Source of the DNA: Octopus vulgaris
Taxonomy: Eukaryota
Assembly: GCA_951406725.2 (NCBI GenBank)
Contig: OX597819.1
Coordinates: forward strand, 93,392,001-93,454,000
DNA: 62,000 bases
Direction of reading: 5' to 3'
Part shown: piece by piece, positions 25,481 to 39,863 of the stretch
How positions within the stretch are numbered: position 1 is the first letter of the stretch
Layout: each line of letters opens with the position of its first letter
The notes under the pieces: model-generated
What the model was told of the DNA's origin: nothing
The model's input: the letters and a program-made list of their open reading frames with translations, nothing else
Database searches by the model: none
Program-made: the position numbers and the translations under genes

Positions 25481-26054
25481 TGTGTGTATTTGTGTGTGTA
25501 TTTGTGCTTGCAGTAACCACTCATAAAATATTTACTTTACAGGCCACGGTGCCGCTTCTGCGCAAACATACATATATGTCAATCATATGTACCTAATGCT
25601 TTGTGTGTATATATAGTAGATTACCGTATTAGCATTTTCACTTTTTCCCCCCTAATGTCTTTCAAATAATCTCGTTTCCAGAAATATCTTGCTATTTTTA
25701 TACATATAGATCATTATATATACATATTCAAATTTCTCTGTTGTGCGCAGGTAACTTGGCTCCTTAAACTGGGTTATAACCTGGCTTTGGCCGTGATTTT
25801 ACCTTCCTTCTATTTAAGATCGTCTTCAGAGTATAATGAGAGAAAATAGTGCATTAGAAATTGGGGAAGCATACGCATTACCTTTGAATATTTTAAGTGT
25901 AGCGTAGGAAAGGTTTTTTAAAGATCTCTCGGGGATAACTTCATTTTTTCTAAACAATTTTTTTTACTTTTAACTGATACGTTTTTAACCGATTCAACGG
26001 GAAAAAATCAGAACTGGCTGGCGAAGGAAGACCATCTGAAATAATAATAATAAT

Positions 26055-27240
26055 AATTCTTTCTACTAGAAGCAGAAGGCCTCAAATTTGGTGGGAGGGG
26101 ACTAGTCGATTACATCGTCGTCCCAGCACTCAACTGGTACTTAATTTATCGACCCCGAAAGGATGAAATGCAAAGTCGACCTCGGCGGAACTTGAACTTG
26201 AACACGTAGCGGCAGACGAAGTACTGCTAAGCATTTAACCCGGTGTGCCAGCTCGCCGCCTTAATAATAATAACAATAACAATAATAATAATCCTTTCTT
26301 ATTATAGGCACAAGGCCTGAAATTTGAGGAAGAGGGCTAGTTGATTACATCGACCCCAGTGCGTAACTGGTACTTAATTCATTGATCCCCGATAGGATGA
26401 AAGGCAAAGTCGACTTCAGCGGAATTTGAACTCAGAACGTTGTAACGGGCGAAATACCTATTTCTTTACTTCCCACAAGGGGCTAAACAAAGAGAGGACA
26501 AACAAGGACGGACAAACGGATTAAGTCGATCATATCGACCCCAGTGCGTAACTGGTACTTATTTAATCGACCCCGAAAGGATGAAAGGCAAAGTCGACCT
26601 CGGCGGAATTTGAACTCAGAATGTAGCGACAGATGAAATACTGATGAGCATTTCGCCCGACGTGCTAACAACGGGCGAAATACCGCTGAGCATTTCGTCC
26701 AGCGTGCTAACGATTCTTCCAGCTCACCGCCTCAATAATAATGATGATAATAATCCATTCTACTATAGGCACAAGGTCTGATATTTTGAGGGAGGGAACA
26801 AGTCGATTACAGCAACCTTAGTGCTCGACTCTTTCTAATATATGCACAAGGCCTGAAAATTGAGAGAAGGGACGTAGTCGATTACGTCAACCGCCAATGC
26901 TTGACAAAATTTGATCTCAGTGTGTAAAGACTGTCGAAGAGTCGCTAAGCATTTTGTCCGGGGAGCTAAGCATTCAGCCGGCTCGCTGACTTATAAATAA
27001 TACTCTCTAATTTTGGATCAAGACCAGCTATGTTGAGGGGAGGAGGAAGTCGAATACATTTGACCCCAGTACATGGCTGCTTGTTATGTTATCAACCTCG
27101 AAAGGGTGAACGAGGAAGGGAACCGCAACGGAATTTAAACTCAGAACATAAAGCCGGAAGAGTCCACTGAAAGTTGAGAGTCAAATTTGACCTCGGTATA
27201 ATTTGAACTCAGTGCGTAAAGAACTGAAACAAATACCACA
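26055..27240 (-). mobile_element. Cluster of family A SINEs (monomer, dimer and fragments)
   Basis: Repeated gtcgattacatcg...gaccccgaaaggatgaaaggcaaagtcgac...gaactcag blocks. Dimer junction cgaaatac|ctatttcttta at about 26457. Confidence 0.85.
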
Positions 27241-27779
27241 CTTCTATTGTGATTGAAAATTGTAGTAGCATTCACAAATGAATAAGATATTGCAGGCATT
27301 TAAATTTGACGTGCTATGATAACTGGGAAAAAATAATTTCAAAATGTGTACTAATGACTTTGAAAACACCTTGTATAAAAATTTTTAGAAAGAATTAAAA
27401 TGTTTTACTAACTCTGGAAAATTACGTGGCTCTTCTGCCAAAACAAAATATCTTTACGATATTGTTAACACCTCATATATAAGATTTCTCTTCAATATCA
27501 TCACAAAATTTATAAGAAATAGTCACTTATCATTTCCATTATGTAAGCCAGAGCCATCCCACGTGGGAAGAGTAGCGCTTCGGTTATCAATTGGTTCGAC
27601 AATATATACGCGAAAGAAATTAAAAATTTATTTAGTTTGATATTGCGAAATCTTACTGCTTTAAGTATAATATCGCACATAAAAGTATTCGAACGTTAAC
27701 TGAAAGAGCACTCAATGATTCTATATGGTATTTAAAATTCACAACGTGATACATACACACACACACACATAAATATGAG

Positions 27780-27825
<46 letters not shown>

Positions 27826-27828
<3 letters not shown>

Positions 27829-28150
27829 CGGGAAGCTTTATGAAAATAAACAAAAGACGAAGGCAGGTGGAAAACAAACGAACAATTGTATTAGTATGGC
27901 GCTCAGGAAATATAAATAAAACAAGTCTTTAACGTTTCGAGCCTACGCTCTTCAACAGAAAGATACACAGAGAGAGAAAAACACAGAAAGAAGGAGAGAA
28001 AAAAAATGCGTGCAGTAGCTAACGAATCAACATGGCGATCTGATTTCGGCCAGAGGTCAAAGATCAAACATGAGACGCGAGAGCGAAATAAGGGGAGATA
28101 ATAGGGTTGATAAAAGGGTTGAGGGACCAGCTAAAAGTGCGTGGGAGGGG
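27826..28150 (-). mobile_element. Penelope-like element fragment with minimal hammerhead-like motif
   Basis: Minus strand reads tcttt-CTGTTGA-a-gagc gtag gctc-GAAACGTT-aaaga (27963-27926). Colinear with the 24003-24190 copy. Confidence 0.55.
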
Positions 28151-28502
28151 TCTGGATGTGTGTATGTATAGGGTTGGTGTATGTATTAGTATGTATAAGG
28201 GTGTGTGTGTGTATGAGAGAGTATTAGTGCGTAGGATTGGTCTGGACGTGCGTATGTATGGGGTTGATGTATGTATTAGTATGTATTAGTATATATTAGT
28301 ACGTATTGGTATGTATAGGTGTGTGTGTGTGTGTGTGAGAGAGTATAAGTGCGTATGCGGGGTCTGGACGTGTGTATGTATAGGGTTGGTGTAAGTATTA
28401 GTATGTACTAGTATGTATTAGTACGTATTAGTATGTATTAGTTGGTGCGTGTATTAGTATGGCACATCATATGTGATGTGATGTGTAAAGTCATGTGGTG
28501 TA

Positions 28503-28830
28503 GTGAGGAGAAGAGGGGGAGGGGGAGAAGAGGGGGAGAAGGGGAGGGGAAGAAGAGGGGGAGGAGAAGGGGGAAGAGGAGAGGATGGGGAGAAGGAAGG
28601 GAAGGAGGGGGATGAAGGAGGAAAGAGGGAGAGGGGGAGAGAGAAGGGGAGAGAGAAGGGGAGAGAGGGAGTGAGGGAGAAGAGGGAAGGGGAAGAGGGA
28701 GGGAGAAAGAGGGAAGAAGGGAAGGGGAGTAGGGGTGAAAGGATGAAGGACTGAAGAAGTAGGGGTTGGGGGGAGAAAGGATAGGTGAGGAGGGGGAGAG
28801 GGGGGTTAGATGAGGAGGGGGGAGAGTTGA
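28503..28830. repeat. ~330-bp nearly pure purine (G/A) tract with many G3-G5 runs
   Basis: gaggagaagagggggagggggagaagagggggagaagggg... Confidence 0.9.
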
Positions 28831-29406
28831 GACCAAATGGCGTATAAGAGCGAAGATATATATATATATATATATACATACATACATGTGTGTAAATGTA
28901 TGTATATATATATATATGTGTGTATATGCAGACACCAGGGAGACTTGTGTTGTGCTGTCTCTCTAAGACTTGTATTTGTTAGTAAAATCGATAAAAAGAG
29001 TGCAATGAACTTGCTATGGAGTGTGGGAAATCCAACGTTTCGGAAAGAGTCTTTCTTCAGTGTAAAGTTGAAAGGAGAGAAATTACTGAAAGACACTATC
29101 CTCTAAGTTAGAGAAACTGGCTGCGACTGTATGTGTGCGTGTATTTTTGTGTGTGTGTGTTTGTACGCATTGGTGTACGTACACGTCTGTGTGTTTGAGT
29201 GTAGGTGTGCGCGCACGTGAGTCTGTGTGTTAAGATGCCAGGGGTACCTCAGTTCTGAATAATCATTGAAAGACAGTTTAAGAATAGCAATAAAACCTGC
29301 TTAGTAAGGATTTCCGATCATAGATTCAAAATGAACGGCATTTATAAATACACGCACGCCCGTGCACACACATGCATGCTGACGTTGTTACATGCATACA
29401 CATAGT

Positions 29407-29438
<32 letters not shown>

Positions 29439-29515
29439 TGTGTGTATACATAGATATATATAGGTATATATATAGACATATATATATATACGTATATCTA
29501 TATATATATCTATAG

Positions 29516-29554
<39 letters not shown>

Positions 29555-29709
29555 GTGAAATAGAAAGATGAATAATCTTGTAGTAGATTAATCATTAGTT
29601 TAACCGATACCTTAGTAGCAAAAATCACAGCAGTAAAACAGCACGGTTGGAGGTACAACCATTTGGTGTTGCAACCGTGCGTTGGTGCGGATAATTGAAA
29701 TTAGAACAT

Positions 29710-30161
29710 TATTGGTGAATTGAAGAAATGGAGCTGAACGCAGATTGAACAGAAATCGTTTTATTTCATTCTACACGTGTTTCGAAAGGCACAAATTACC
29801 AAAATCCGATGGAATAATGGGACCATATTGTGTCTTTCTCTTCAGGAAGAAAATAGGAAATCCGTTGGAAAAACAAAAACAGAACAGAGGCGGAGCAAAA
29901 ACAAATCGAACTATGCTCCTAAGAGCCCATGGCGAAAGTTTCGCCATGGGCTCTTAGGAGCATAGTTCGATTTGTTTTTGCTCCGCCTCTGTTCTGTTTT
30001 TGTTTTTCCAACGAGATTTCCTATTTTCTTCCTGAAGAGAAAGACACAATATGGTCCCATTATTCCATCGGATTTTGGTAATTTGTGCCTTTCGAAACAC
30101 GTGTAGAATGAAATAAAACGATTTCTGTTCAATCTGCGTTCAGCTCCATTTCTTCAATTCA

Positions 30162-30167
<6 letters not shown>
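29710..30167. repeat. Near-perfect 458-bp palindrome
   Basis: Arms 29710-29937 and 29939-30167 are reverse complements around ggcgaaa-g-tttcgcc. The only difference seen is a 1-nt indel. Confidence 0.97.
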
Positions 30168-30205
<38 letters not shown>

Positions 30206-30719
30206 CATACATAGATACATATACACATTTATGCTCAGGAGCACACTGCTCATATTATCAATGAATGTAGGAATCCATATAAGGACTGAATCTCAGTTGA
30301 ATATCTATATATAAACGTCAGCGAAGAAACGTGACTACGTAATTTGAATTTACGTAGTAACTCCGTAAAAAAATACAATTCTTCAAGATAGATCACAAGA
30401 AGACCGACCTATATCCTATATAAATACAATCTAATCAATCAAACAAAATTGAACAGTAAAAGATACGTGTAACACTTTTGTACATCAGTATAGTTTTCTT
30501 TATAATTCAAATTACGTGATGTCGAATATTATCAAACACACACACACACACATGTATGTATGTACGTATGTATGTACGTACACACGTATATGGAGACTTT
30601 GAAAAAATACACATCTCACGTTCCTATCCTATCACTCGCACACTCACACACACACCAAGGATTTAGAGAAACACGTAACACACACATAAAGGTATATATA
30701 TACACACATATATATATAC

Positions 30720-30760
<41 letters not shown>

Positions 30761-30895
30761 CATATATATGTGTATATTTAAATATACACATGCATTAGAA
30801 TTTTCTCTGATTTTTCAGATTTTTGTATGCTAGGCTACTGGTTTTAAATTGATATTAATTAAATTAATATTCAATTTATCTCCCTCATGATTTAA

Positions 30896-30976
<81 letters not shown>

Positions 30977-31016
30977 TATATGTGTGTGTGTGTGTGTGTC
31001 TATATGTGTGTGTGTC

Positions 31017-31065
<49 letters not shown>

Positions 31066-32482
31066 ATACATACAGATATATTTATATAGTCAGGAACGGG
31101 AGAGGGGGCGATTTCTATGCGTGCGGATGTGTGTATAAAGACACATCTATGAATGTGTTTGTATATGCATGTGGATTTGAAGGGGGTGTCAACAGAAACG
31201 TGTGACCATTATCGATGCATTTCTCTAGGCCCTCATCTGCTGTTTTCTGGTTGTCTTTTTCTTCTCCAACATGCGATCCCCACCCTTATACCAAGCTCTT
31301 CGACTTGGGCCAATAGTCTTAGTGTCTACGTGTCTTATCTGGCAGGTAGGGCAACCACGAAAATCTCTTTTTGCTGCTACAGTTATACTATGGTTGCGAG
31401 TGAAACTACCGAGTAGGTGGAGATTTGTAGCAAGCTGAGTCAGTAACGCAGTTTCGATTTCCAATAGATGCTAATTCACTTTATGTTAAAAATGTCCTTG
31501 GAATAGTTATGAACGTCACGTATCCTTGTTTTTGCTTGTTAGCTTAGTTTTTTTTTCTTTGTTTGTTTAGTTTTTTTGTTTGTTGTTTTTGTTTTGTTTG
31601 TTTGTTTGTTTGTTTTTTCACCTTAAAAAATTCAGAGTTTAGGCATTATGGCATATACACAGTGCTTGTTAGAACTTCCTTTGTTAAAGAAAGAGTCTAA
31701 AGTTAAAGCCCAACCCAACCATCAAGACGAACACCAACCACTTCATATTCTCCATGGTCTTTCAAGGTCATAGACACAACCACCTCTTCCGGGTCAAACT
31801 ACTGAAAGGAAAAAAAATACTCTCTTCTGTGAGAGATTTGAAAAACAACACACATGTCCGTATACAAATATTTCCGTTACTTAATACAAAGCTTTCTTCT
31901 TCTTCCTTGAAACCAGCTTTTTTCACTCATCCCCAATATCTTAAAGTAAATTGTTTTAAAGACACGGCATGTTTTCTTAACATACCCTATGCTTATAAAG
32001 AATTTAGAAAATTTATTTTCATATCTCTACTCTTCATCAAGCATAATCACATAACACCCACAAGCTTTCATTGAAGAAATAACGTTTGTTTGTTTTTTTC
32101 TCTGGTGTTTTTTTTTTGTTGTTGTTGCAGAGTGAGGCTGTTCTTTTTTATTTATTTATTTTTTTTTTTTGGTGGAGTTTAGTATTAGGAAGTGGAGGAA
32201 AGGACTGAGCCTATGATCTTTGCAGGTAGAGTCGCCTTAAGGCACCACCTATACTGGGTAATTGCCTGGAAGCCTCATGGGTCCAGCGGCCCCAATTTTA
32301 ATCTAGGCATGCTGTGATATGCTGTCAATGAATAAATAAATACTAAATGACCCACTGCAGTGACGTGCGTAGGGACTTATAATGCTACTAAGGAATCTCT
32401 GTTTGTAGGTCATGATGTGTTTCGTACCTATGATGTTTTAACCGATAGATGCAATGTATAATAAAGCTATCAATTAAAAATC

Positions 32483-32805
32483 TATTTCGTTTTTGGATTT
32501 GGTTTGCAAGATTCTTTATGAGTTCGTGTGTTGAAACAAATTCTGTTGTCTGGAGAGAGTCATTTTCTTTTTGTGCCTTATTATTTAACACACTCACCGG
32601 TAAAATTTCCACTTATTTCTTATTTTTATTTTCCTAAAATTTTCGTTGCGTCTTGCAACCTTTTCGATAAAACTATTGAAAAGGCTGCAAGACGCAACGA
32701 AAATTTTAGGAAAATAAAAATAAGAAATAAGTGGAAATTTTACCGGTGAGTGTGTTAAATAATAAGGCACAAAAAGAAAATGACTCTTCTCAGACACAAC
32801 AGAAT
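32483..32805. mobile_element. Foldback element: ~60-bp unique flank plus ~125-bp inverted arms
   Basis: 32540-32670 and 32680-32805 are reverse complements with a few differences, around gataaaactatt. A second family member is at 22485. Confidence 0.9.
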
Positions 32806-33824
32806 AAAAATCTATTGGATCCTCGAAATACATGCGGAAAGAATGTGAGAAAGCAAACATGAATTGTATGTAGGATAGAGATTTAATCCATTGACTGGGT
32901 TAACACCTTCACTAGATCTTAAATACGATCAGCAGAATCTATTCTGTTGCAAGCATACGAGCCAAATCTATCTTGATGATAAAATTTTCCATTTCTGTTT
33001 GCAATGCATGGTAACCGCAAACAGGGTAAACGGTGCAAACATTTATACCGTGGAGTAAATGGATTTTTGCCCGTTTCGACGATGAATGTTTAGTTGTTCG
33101 AGCAACTAAACAGATATGTAAGTAGCTGAGTTTCCCACAGGCAGAATCAGGCGCGATTAGCATGACAAATCGTGTGTCAAGGTTGGCCATTTGAATTTGC
33201 ATCTGATTGATGGGCATTCACACAGTTCCCATCTACCTGGTTTCACTCATAAACAAGGCGATCCGAGGCTATTAAATGAAATTTAAAAACACACTTCCCA
33301 GGAAACCGAACCCGGAACCGCATGATTGAGAAACAAACTTCTTAACCATTCAGCTATTTTGCGTCCTTCGCTGACTAAACCAGACAAAGAATACAATCAA
33401 TGTATTTATACTCTCCCTTGAATAAAGCCACGTTATTAGAGCATGAAACCAAACATAAGACAATTAATATTTGCTTTATTAATATTTATTGAGCAATTTT
33501 GATGGCGGTTAGTATAAATAATTGAATCGGTAATTTATCAACTTAATTTATAGTTTGATCCTCAGTGTGACAAGTGCTGATTTGGTTCATGAATATTAAT
33601 TAATAGCGATGTATACTACAATAACAAGGGTATATTCCAAGAAATGTCATATCTTTAATATGGTTAAATTTTATGACCAGGCTTTATATATATTTAAAAG
33701 AGAAGCTGTACATCGTCGTAAGGTTCGACAGCAGGTGTCTTTCATATGATCATTAAATTTATATTAATATCAACACTTTAAAAGTAGACATGTTAAACCT
33801 TCTGGATATGTATGCAAGTACAAA

Positions 33825-34415
33825 GACTGCGAGCTCGCACAGACGTTAGCACACCGGGAGAAATGCTTAGCGGTATTTCGTCTGCCGTTACGTTCTGAGT
33901 TCAAATTCCGCCGAGGTCGACTTTGCCTTTCATCCTTTCGGGGTCGATTAAATAAGTACAGTTATGCACTGGGGTCGATATGATCGGCTTAATCCGTTTG
34001 TCTGTCCTTGTTCGTCCTCTCTGTGTTTAGCCCCTTGTGGGTAGTAAAGAAATAGGTATTTCGTCTGCCGTTACGTTCTGAGTTCAAATTCCGCCGAGGT
34101 CGACTTTGCCTTTCATCATTTCGGGGTCGATTAAATAAGTACCAGTTGCACACTGGGTTGATGTAATCGACTTAATCCGTTTGTCTGTCCTTGTTTGTCC
34201 CCTCTATATTTAGCCCCTTGTGAGCAATAAAGAAATAAGAAACGTTAGCACGCCGGGTGCTAACGTCTGTCTTTACATTCTGAGTTCAAATCCCGCCGTG
34301 GTCGACTTTGCCTTTCATCCTTTCATGGTCAATAAATTAAGTACCAGTACCGTACTGGAATTGAACTAATTGACTAGCAGCCTCCCCCAAAAATTCGTGC
34401 CTTGTGCCAAGAGTA
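33825..34415 (+). mobile_element. Trimeric family A SINE
   Basis: Three ttctgagttcaaat...gtcgactttgcctttcatcc bodies, with junctions at about 34055 and 34238. Confidence 0.85.
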
Positions 34416-35519
34416 GAAAAGTATACATGCAAGAACACACACACACAGAGGCGGAGGCTTGGCTGTGTTATAACGACATAGTTCAGGGCTCAATTCCACC
34501 AGGCAGTACCAGGATCAGTACCAGGCTTTCAAAGAATAAATCCTGGGTCGATTTCTTCGATTAAAGGCGGTGCTCCAGCGTGGCCGCTGTCAAATGACTG
34601 AAACAAATAAAATAAGATATATATATATATATATATAAACACGCATTGAGTCGAAACAGGGGCAGCTGAAGAAGGGGAATATTCCTTGTATTGTTGGTCT
34701 TGTACTCTGTTTTTTCGTTTTAACAAAAGTCCGTTTCCTTGTTTGATTTTCTGTTTTCGTTTCTCATTGTGTTCTACGTTTATTTGTGGTGTCCTGTACT
34801 CATATATGCATGTATATATACATATATATGTATGTATGTATATGTTTTATTTATTAAATTATTATATATATATATATGTATATATGAATTTATAAATTAA
34901 TATATAAAATATATATATCAGCGGCAAACACGTACGTATACGAGTCGCCTAACTCTCAGCATTCTAGGTTCAAATCACACCAAGATCAAATTTGCCTGTA
35001 TATATGTGTATACACACACACACACACACACATGATTAAACTCTAGTTCCAGTTCGAATAACGAACACTCGCTGATAGTTTTGGTTTTCGTTGTTTTCTT
35101 CCTGCTTTTATTTTACCAGGTGAATGCCACGATAAGTTATTTAGTTATCTTTGTGTTTAACAGTTTGTAATTTAACTTAAAGCTAAAAGACTAAAAAGAA
35201 AACATCTAGAAGGAAGAATGCCAAAGGAAAAGCAAGTAACAGAAAAGATCTCGAAGGCTGTACGTTCAGAGGTTGACTTTTACGTCATTCGGATAGTAAC
35301 GGAACGTGACCACATCTAACTGCTTGAAACCAGTATTATAATGTTTATGTTTATAAGTACATACGTATGAATATATAATTATACATACACACACCGACGT
35401 CACGCGCGTGCGTACACCGATGAAGCTTTTGATTAGGTATTACGATATTAATAACCTGCTTTTAGAATTCAACGCACGTAAATAAAACGGTAAAGTTTCT
35501 TTCTCCAGTCGTTCCGATT

Positions 35520-35757
35520 CAAAAGGGCAGATTTTCCGGTTCCCGGTTTTCAGGTTTCCATGGCGTGTATATTCCCCTCCTGGGCAGGCCGCCGGTCCGT
35601 CGCAGGATTACTCATTTTTGCCAGCTGAGTGGACTGGAGCAATGTGAAATGAAGTGTTTTGCTCAAGAACACAAACGCTTCCCCTGGTCCAGGAATCGAA
35701 ACCACGATCTTACAGTAATGAGACCAACAACCTAACCACTAAGCCAGGCGCCTTCAC
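35520..35757 (-). mobile_element. CORE-type SINE (family C'), same family as 54741-54990
   Basis: Minus strand gtgaaggcgcctggcttagtggttagg...ggtttcgattcctggacc...gtgttcttgagcaaaacacttcatttcac. Confidence 0.8.
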
Positions 35758-35991
35758 AACATATGCGTCAGAATAATGCGTGGGGCATATACAGAGCATT
35801 AAACGGAATGAAATTAACGCAACAGGGATTAAGAAGAAGCTACGAGTTTATCCTCAAGCACATAGCTCTGGTATTGGGACTGCTTCATTACCTAACAGCT
35901 GTTTCTGCTATAATACCAGGGACTATAAAAATTTACAAGACCTACTTAAGATTTAAAAGATGAAGGTTTAAACAAGACATTTTCTTTCACA

Positions 35992-36057
35992 AGTAGATGG
36001 CAGGTCAAAATTTAGTAGATGGCAGGTCAAAATTTAGTAGATGGCAGGTCAAAATTT
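35992..36057. repeat. 3 x 22-bp perfect tandem repeat
   Basis: agtagatggcaggtcaaaattt x3. Confidence 0.95.
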
Positions 36058-36114
36058 ACTCTAAATTGAAAAGAGGAAGTCAAGAATGTGTGTGTGCGCG
36101 CGCATGTGTGTTGC

Positions 36115-36276
36115 GTAGCTGTGTGGTAAGAAGCTTGCTTCCAAACAACATGTTTCCGAGTTCAGTCCTACAGCGTTGATTCCATGTGCAAATGTCGTCT
36201 ACTCTATCCTCGCGCCGACCAAAGCCTTGGGAGTGAATTTGGGAGACAGAAACTGAAAGAAGCCCGTCGTATATAT

Positions 36277-36315
<39 letters not shown>

Positions 36316-36485
36316 TGTGTGTGTATGTATGTATGTGAATGTGTGTCATTGTGTCAGCGTTTGTCCCCCTCCCTCGCCACCATCATCGCTTGACAACCGA
36401 TATTTGCTTCCCTGTAACTTAGCGGTTCAGCAAAAGGGACCGACAGAATAAGTACTAGGCTTAAGAAATAAATACCAGGGTCTCG
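36115..36485 (+). mobile_element. Family B SINE
   Basis: agctgtgtggtaagaagcttgcttcc...gaaactgaaagaagcccgtcg(AT)n...cttagcggttcagcaaaagggaccgacagaataagtactagg. Confidence 0.8.
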
Positions 36486-36493
36486 ATTGTTCC

Positions 36494-36524
<31 letters not shown>

Positions 36525-36688
36525 TATTTCACGTTCATGTCGAAATTTCTTAATTCCTATGACGTCAACGATGTATATTTTTGTTTTCTATTTGTGTCTT
36601 TCGTTGTTCGAAAGAATAGTTCATGTTCCAGGTACTCGTGTTTCGTATTTTTTTGTTGTACATGTTTCGTGGCGTCCTGTGCCCACAA

Positions 36689-36722
<34 letters not shown>

Positions 36723-36780
36723 GCATAGATGTACATATACGTATCTATATATGCATATATATATTATTTATATATATGTA

Positions 36781-36824
<44 letters not shown>

Positions 36825-37716
36825 CATATAAATATATATATATATATATATATAAGTATATATATGTATATATATATTATTTTATAGAAGGAACTTCTAC
36901 AGGACTAGAACTGTTTCATTCAGATGAAATCTTCATTTAGTATATATGTATATATATATGTGTGTGTGTGTACATATATATACATACATACATATTCTTG
37001 ACGTCATAAGAATATATATTTATATACATCGTGCGTATATGTAGATCAAGAAGAAGGTCGCACGAAGCCGAGTCCTCGACGCGGTTTTGATTTCCGATAG
37101 AATATTTAAGTCGTTAATAGTTGTCAAAGAAACATTGATGTTAGACGACCGTATTCAGATCTATAATAAATTTGTGAAATATGTGTTTCGACGTCGTAGA
37201 AGACAAAATCAATATCTAACACAGTTTTGATTTTCATATTTAAAGGACTAACAGAGGTGTAGACTTGAAGTATTTTATTTCAAGCGAACGCGGGGTGATT
37301 ATCATTTCAAAGTTTCGCTCGCGGCAGCTTATCAGTTCTATTTTACCATTGAGGCAAATAAGTTTTTGTTTCTTGTTAGAAAAGTTCACAGCCGGCTTAT
37401 GTGAGCTTTAACGTGAAATTTGGGATTATAAGAAGCTTTAAAATACAGGAGTAATCCCACAAAGAACTCAATACGCATGCAGAATCTAAATATATCATTC
37501 ACTGAAATGCAAGGTGACAGTACATTTCTGTCTGACGAGCTACTACTGGCGAAACTCAGAAGAGTCATGCTTGTGTGTATGGGTGAATGTATATATACAT
37601 GCAATACATAGTTATAAAAATGTATTCATATATACTTACGCTTATATATATATATGTGTGTGAGTGCGTGCGTGTGTGTGTGTGTGTTTGAGTCTGTGTG
37701 CACATGCATATGTAGA

Positions 37717-38274
37717 TTTTACTCCACTCTAAACACTTTGCAACGTTTGTTTTGAAAGTAGTGGTTTTCTGATTGCAGTCCTCCCGTGAAATCCAGCTTT
37801 GTGCAGCTCCCGGCGAAGAGTTTTTGTGGAAACTGGGTTCTGGAGGTGGTCATTAAGCTCTGTAGTAATTTTGGAAGCTGTACTTTTGTGATACATTCTA
37901 ACAATCTGTGTAAGAATCTGACGGTCCCTATCTGAAAGATTTGGTTTTCTTCCGGAGTTTTGTTTCGACGAGAAGGTTTTTCCCTCTTTCTCTGTCATTA
38001 CTTTCGAGGCAGTACTTCGTTACGCTAGCGCATGCCAAACGAGTACCAACAATTTGACCTCTTTGAAAGTCCGATAGATCTGTCATTTTAATGAATTTTA
38101 ATTACCTTTTCCTGATGATATCTGAAAAGAAACAGCAATTTTAGCAAAACATATTAAGCAACACTAATAATAAATCAAAAAACATAAAAATAACAAGCTT
38201 TTGACGGTTTTATAGAGATTTCAAAATTATGATGCTATGGTGTTAGGTGTTTCCATTGTTTTGTCCAAACCCTG
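37717..38274 (-). mobile_element. 3'-truncated Tc1-family transposon with decayed transposase
   Basis: TA|CAGGGTTTGGACAAAACAATGGAAACACC terminus at 38274. ATG at 38086 gives MTDLSDFQRGQIVGTRLA. After a deletion it reads SGRKPNLSDRDRQILTQIVR...VSTKTLRRELHKAGFHGRTAIRKPLL, then frameshifted KTNVAKCLEWSK (Tc1 HTH domains). Confidence 0.9.
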
Positions 38275-38574
38275 TATATATGTGCGTGTGCATGTATGTA
38301 TGTTTATATATATATATATATATATATTTATACACATATATGTGCGTGTCTATATATGCGTATGTGTGTGTATATATGTGTGTGTGTATATATATGTATT
38401 TATGTATGTATATATGTGTGTATATATATATGTATATATATATGTGTGTATATATATATATGTGTGTGTATATATATATGTGTGTGTGTATATATATATA
38501 CTCTTTTACTCTTTTATTCTTTTACTTGTTTCAGTCATTTGACTGCGGCCATGCTGGAGCACCGCCTTTAGTCG

Positions 38575-38628
<54 letters not shown>

Positions 38629-39168
38629 TGCATGTATTTATGAATGCATGCTTGCATATATATTCCGAATTTAACGGTGAATCAACTCCGCACACATTGT
38701 TTTCCAGTTCATTTCCTTTCATATCCCTACACGTTGTTAATACCTCAGGGATTAACAAAAAACAACACATGAATGTTCCAATCCTCATTCTTTTCGCACC
38801 GCTACATCTTTAAGGGTTTACGCCCAAAACATACGAGATAAGGCCCGAGAAACCACTGCAATGCAACAGCATTTTTCTCGCTTATATATTATTGTGAATC
38901 AATATTAAACGCTACGTCGAAATGCGAGTATAATGTTCTACATGAAGACAACAACAAAAACGACAGCCGCAACGACAACAACACAAATATATATTATATA
39001 TATAATATATGTGCAACAAATGTGTGTGTGTGTGTGTGTGTTTATTCGCAAAGATTTAACTATTTGCTTGCATGAGTTCATACAGCGATAAAATAGATAT
39101 AAGCCTTCATCTAAGCGTTACACCATCATTCATGAACGAACTAATATGATCACGATATATTTAAATAG

Positions 39169-39261
<93 letters not shown>

Positions 39262-39822
39262 CCCATACATATTACATACACATATATAAATTTATATATG
39301 TATGTATATATGCATATATATATACACACACGCACATATATATATATATATACATATATATATTTATTCATATATATACATTTATATATATATATAGATA
39401 TATATATATATGGGTGTGTGTGATTGTGTATAGAAGAATATATTAATAAAAAGAATTCCAACCTTGTCTGATTTTCACGTTTTATTTACGATCTTATAAT
39501 GATATATTATAAGATAATATATTATAATTGAATAAAATAAAATAAAATGAAATAGTAGAATGTTAAATATTCATTCTGATTGAACTAGTACTTTCATGCA
39601 TTGAATTCTGCAATCTTCGGGTTCATGTAGTAGTGTTGACAGTCATGCTTCACAATTTTTGACTGTATATATATATATACACATACAAATATATGTAAGC
39701 CCGTATCTAAGGATGTCTTTACGTATACACGATTATGCAGATACATATAAATACGTGCATTGCATACATATACATGCGTATTTGTATGTATGCATGTATG
39801 TGGAGCGTATGCCATACCGTTA

Positions 39823-39863
<41 letters not shown>

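Noticed and set aside
32939-33217. 92-aa minus-strand ORF in non-repetitive sequence
   Set aside because: No recognisable motif or splice boundaries; its start overlaps a SINE fragment.
34640-34700. GAAAC...CTGAAGA-AGG(n)CCT, hammerhead-like pieces
   Set aside because: No GAAA follows the putative stem II and the stems do not close. The similar motif at about 38808-38832 is too degenerate.
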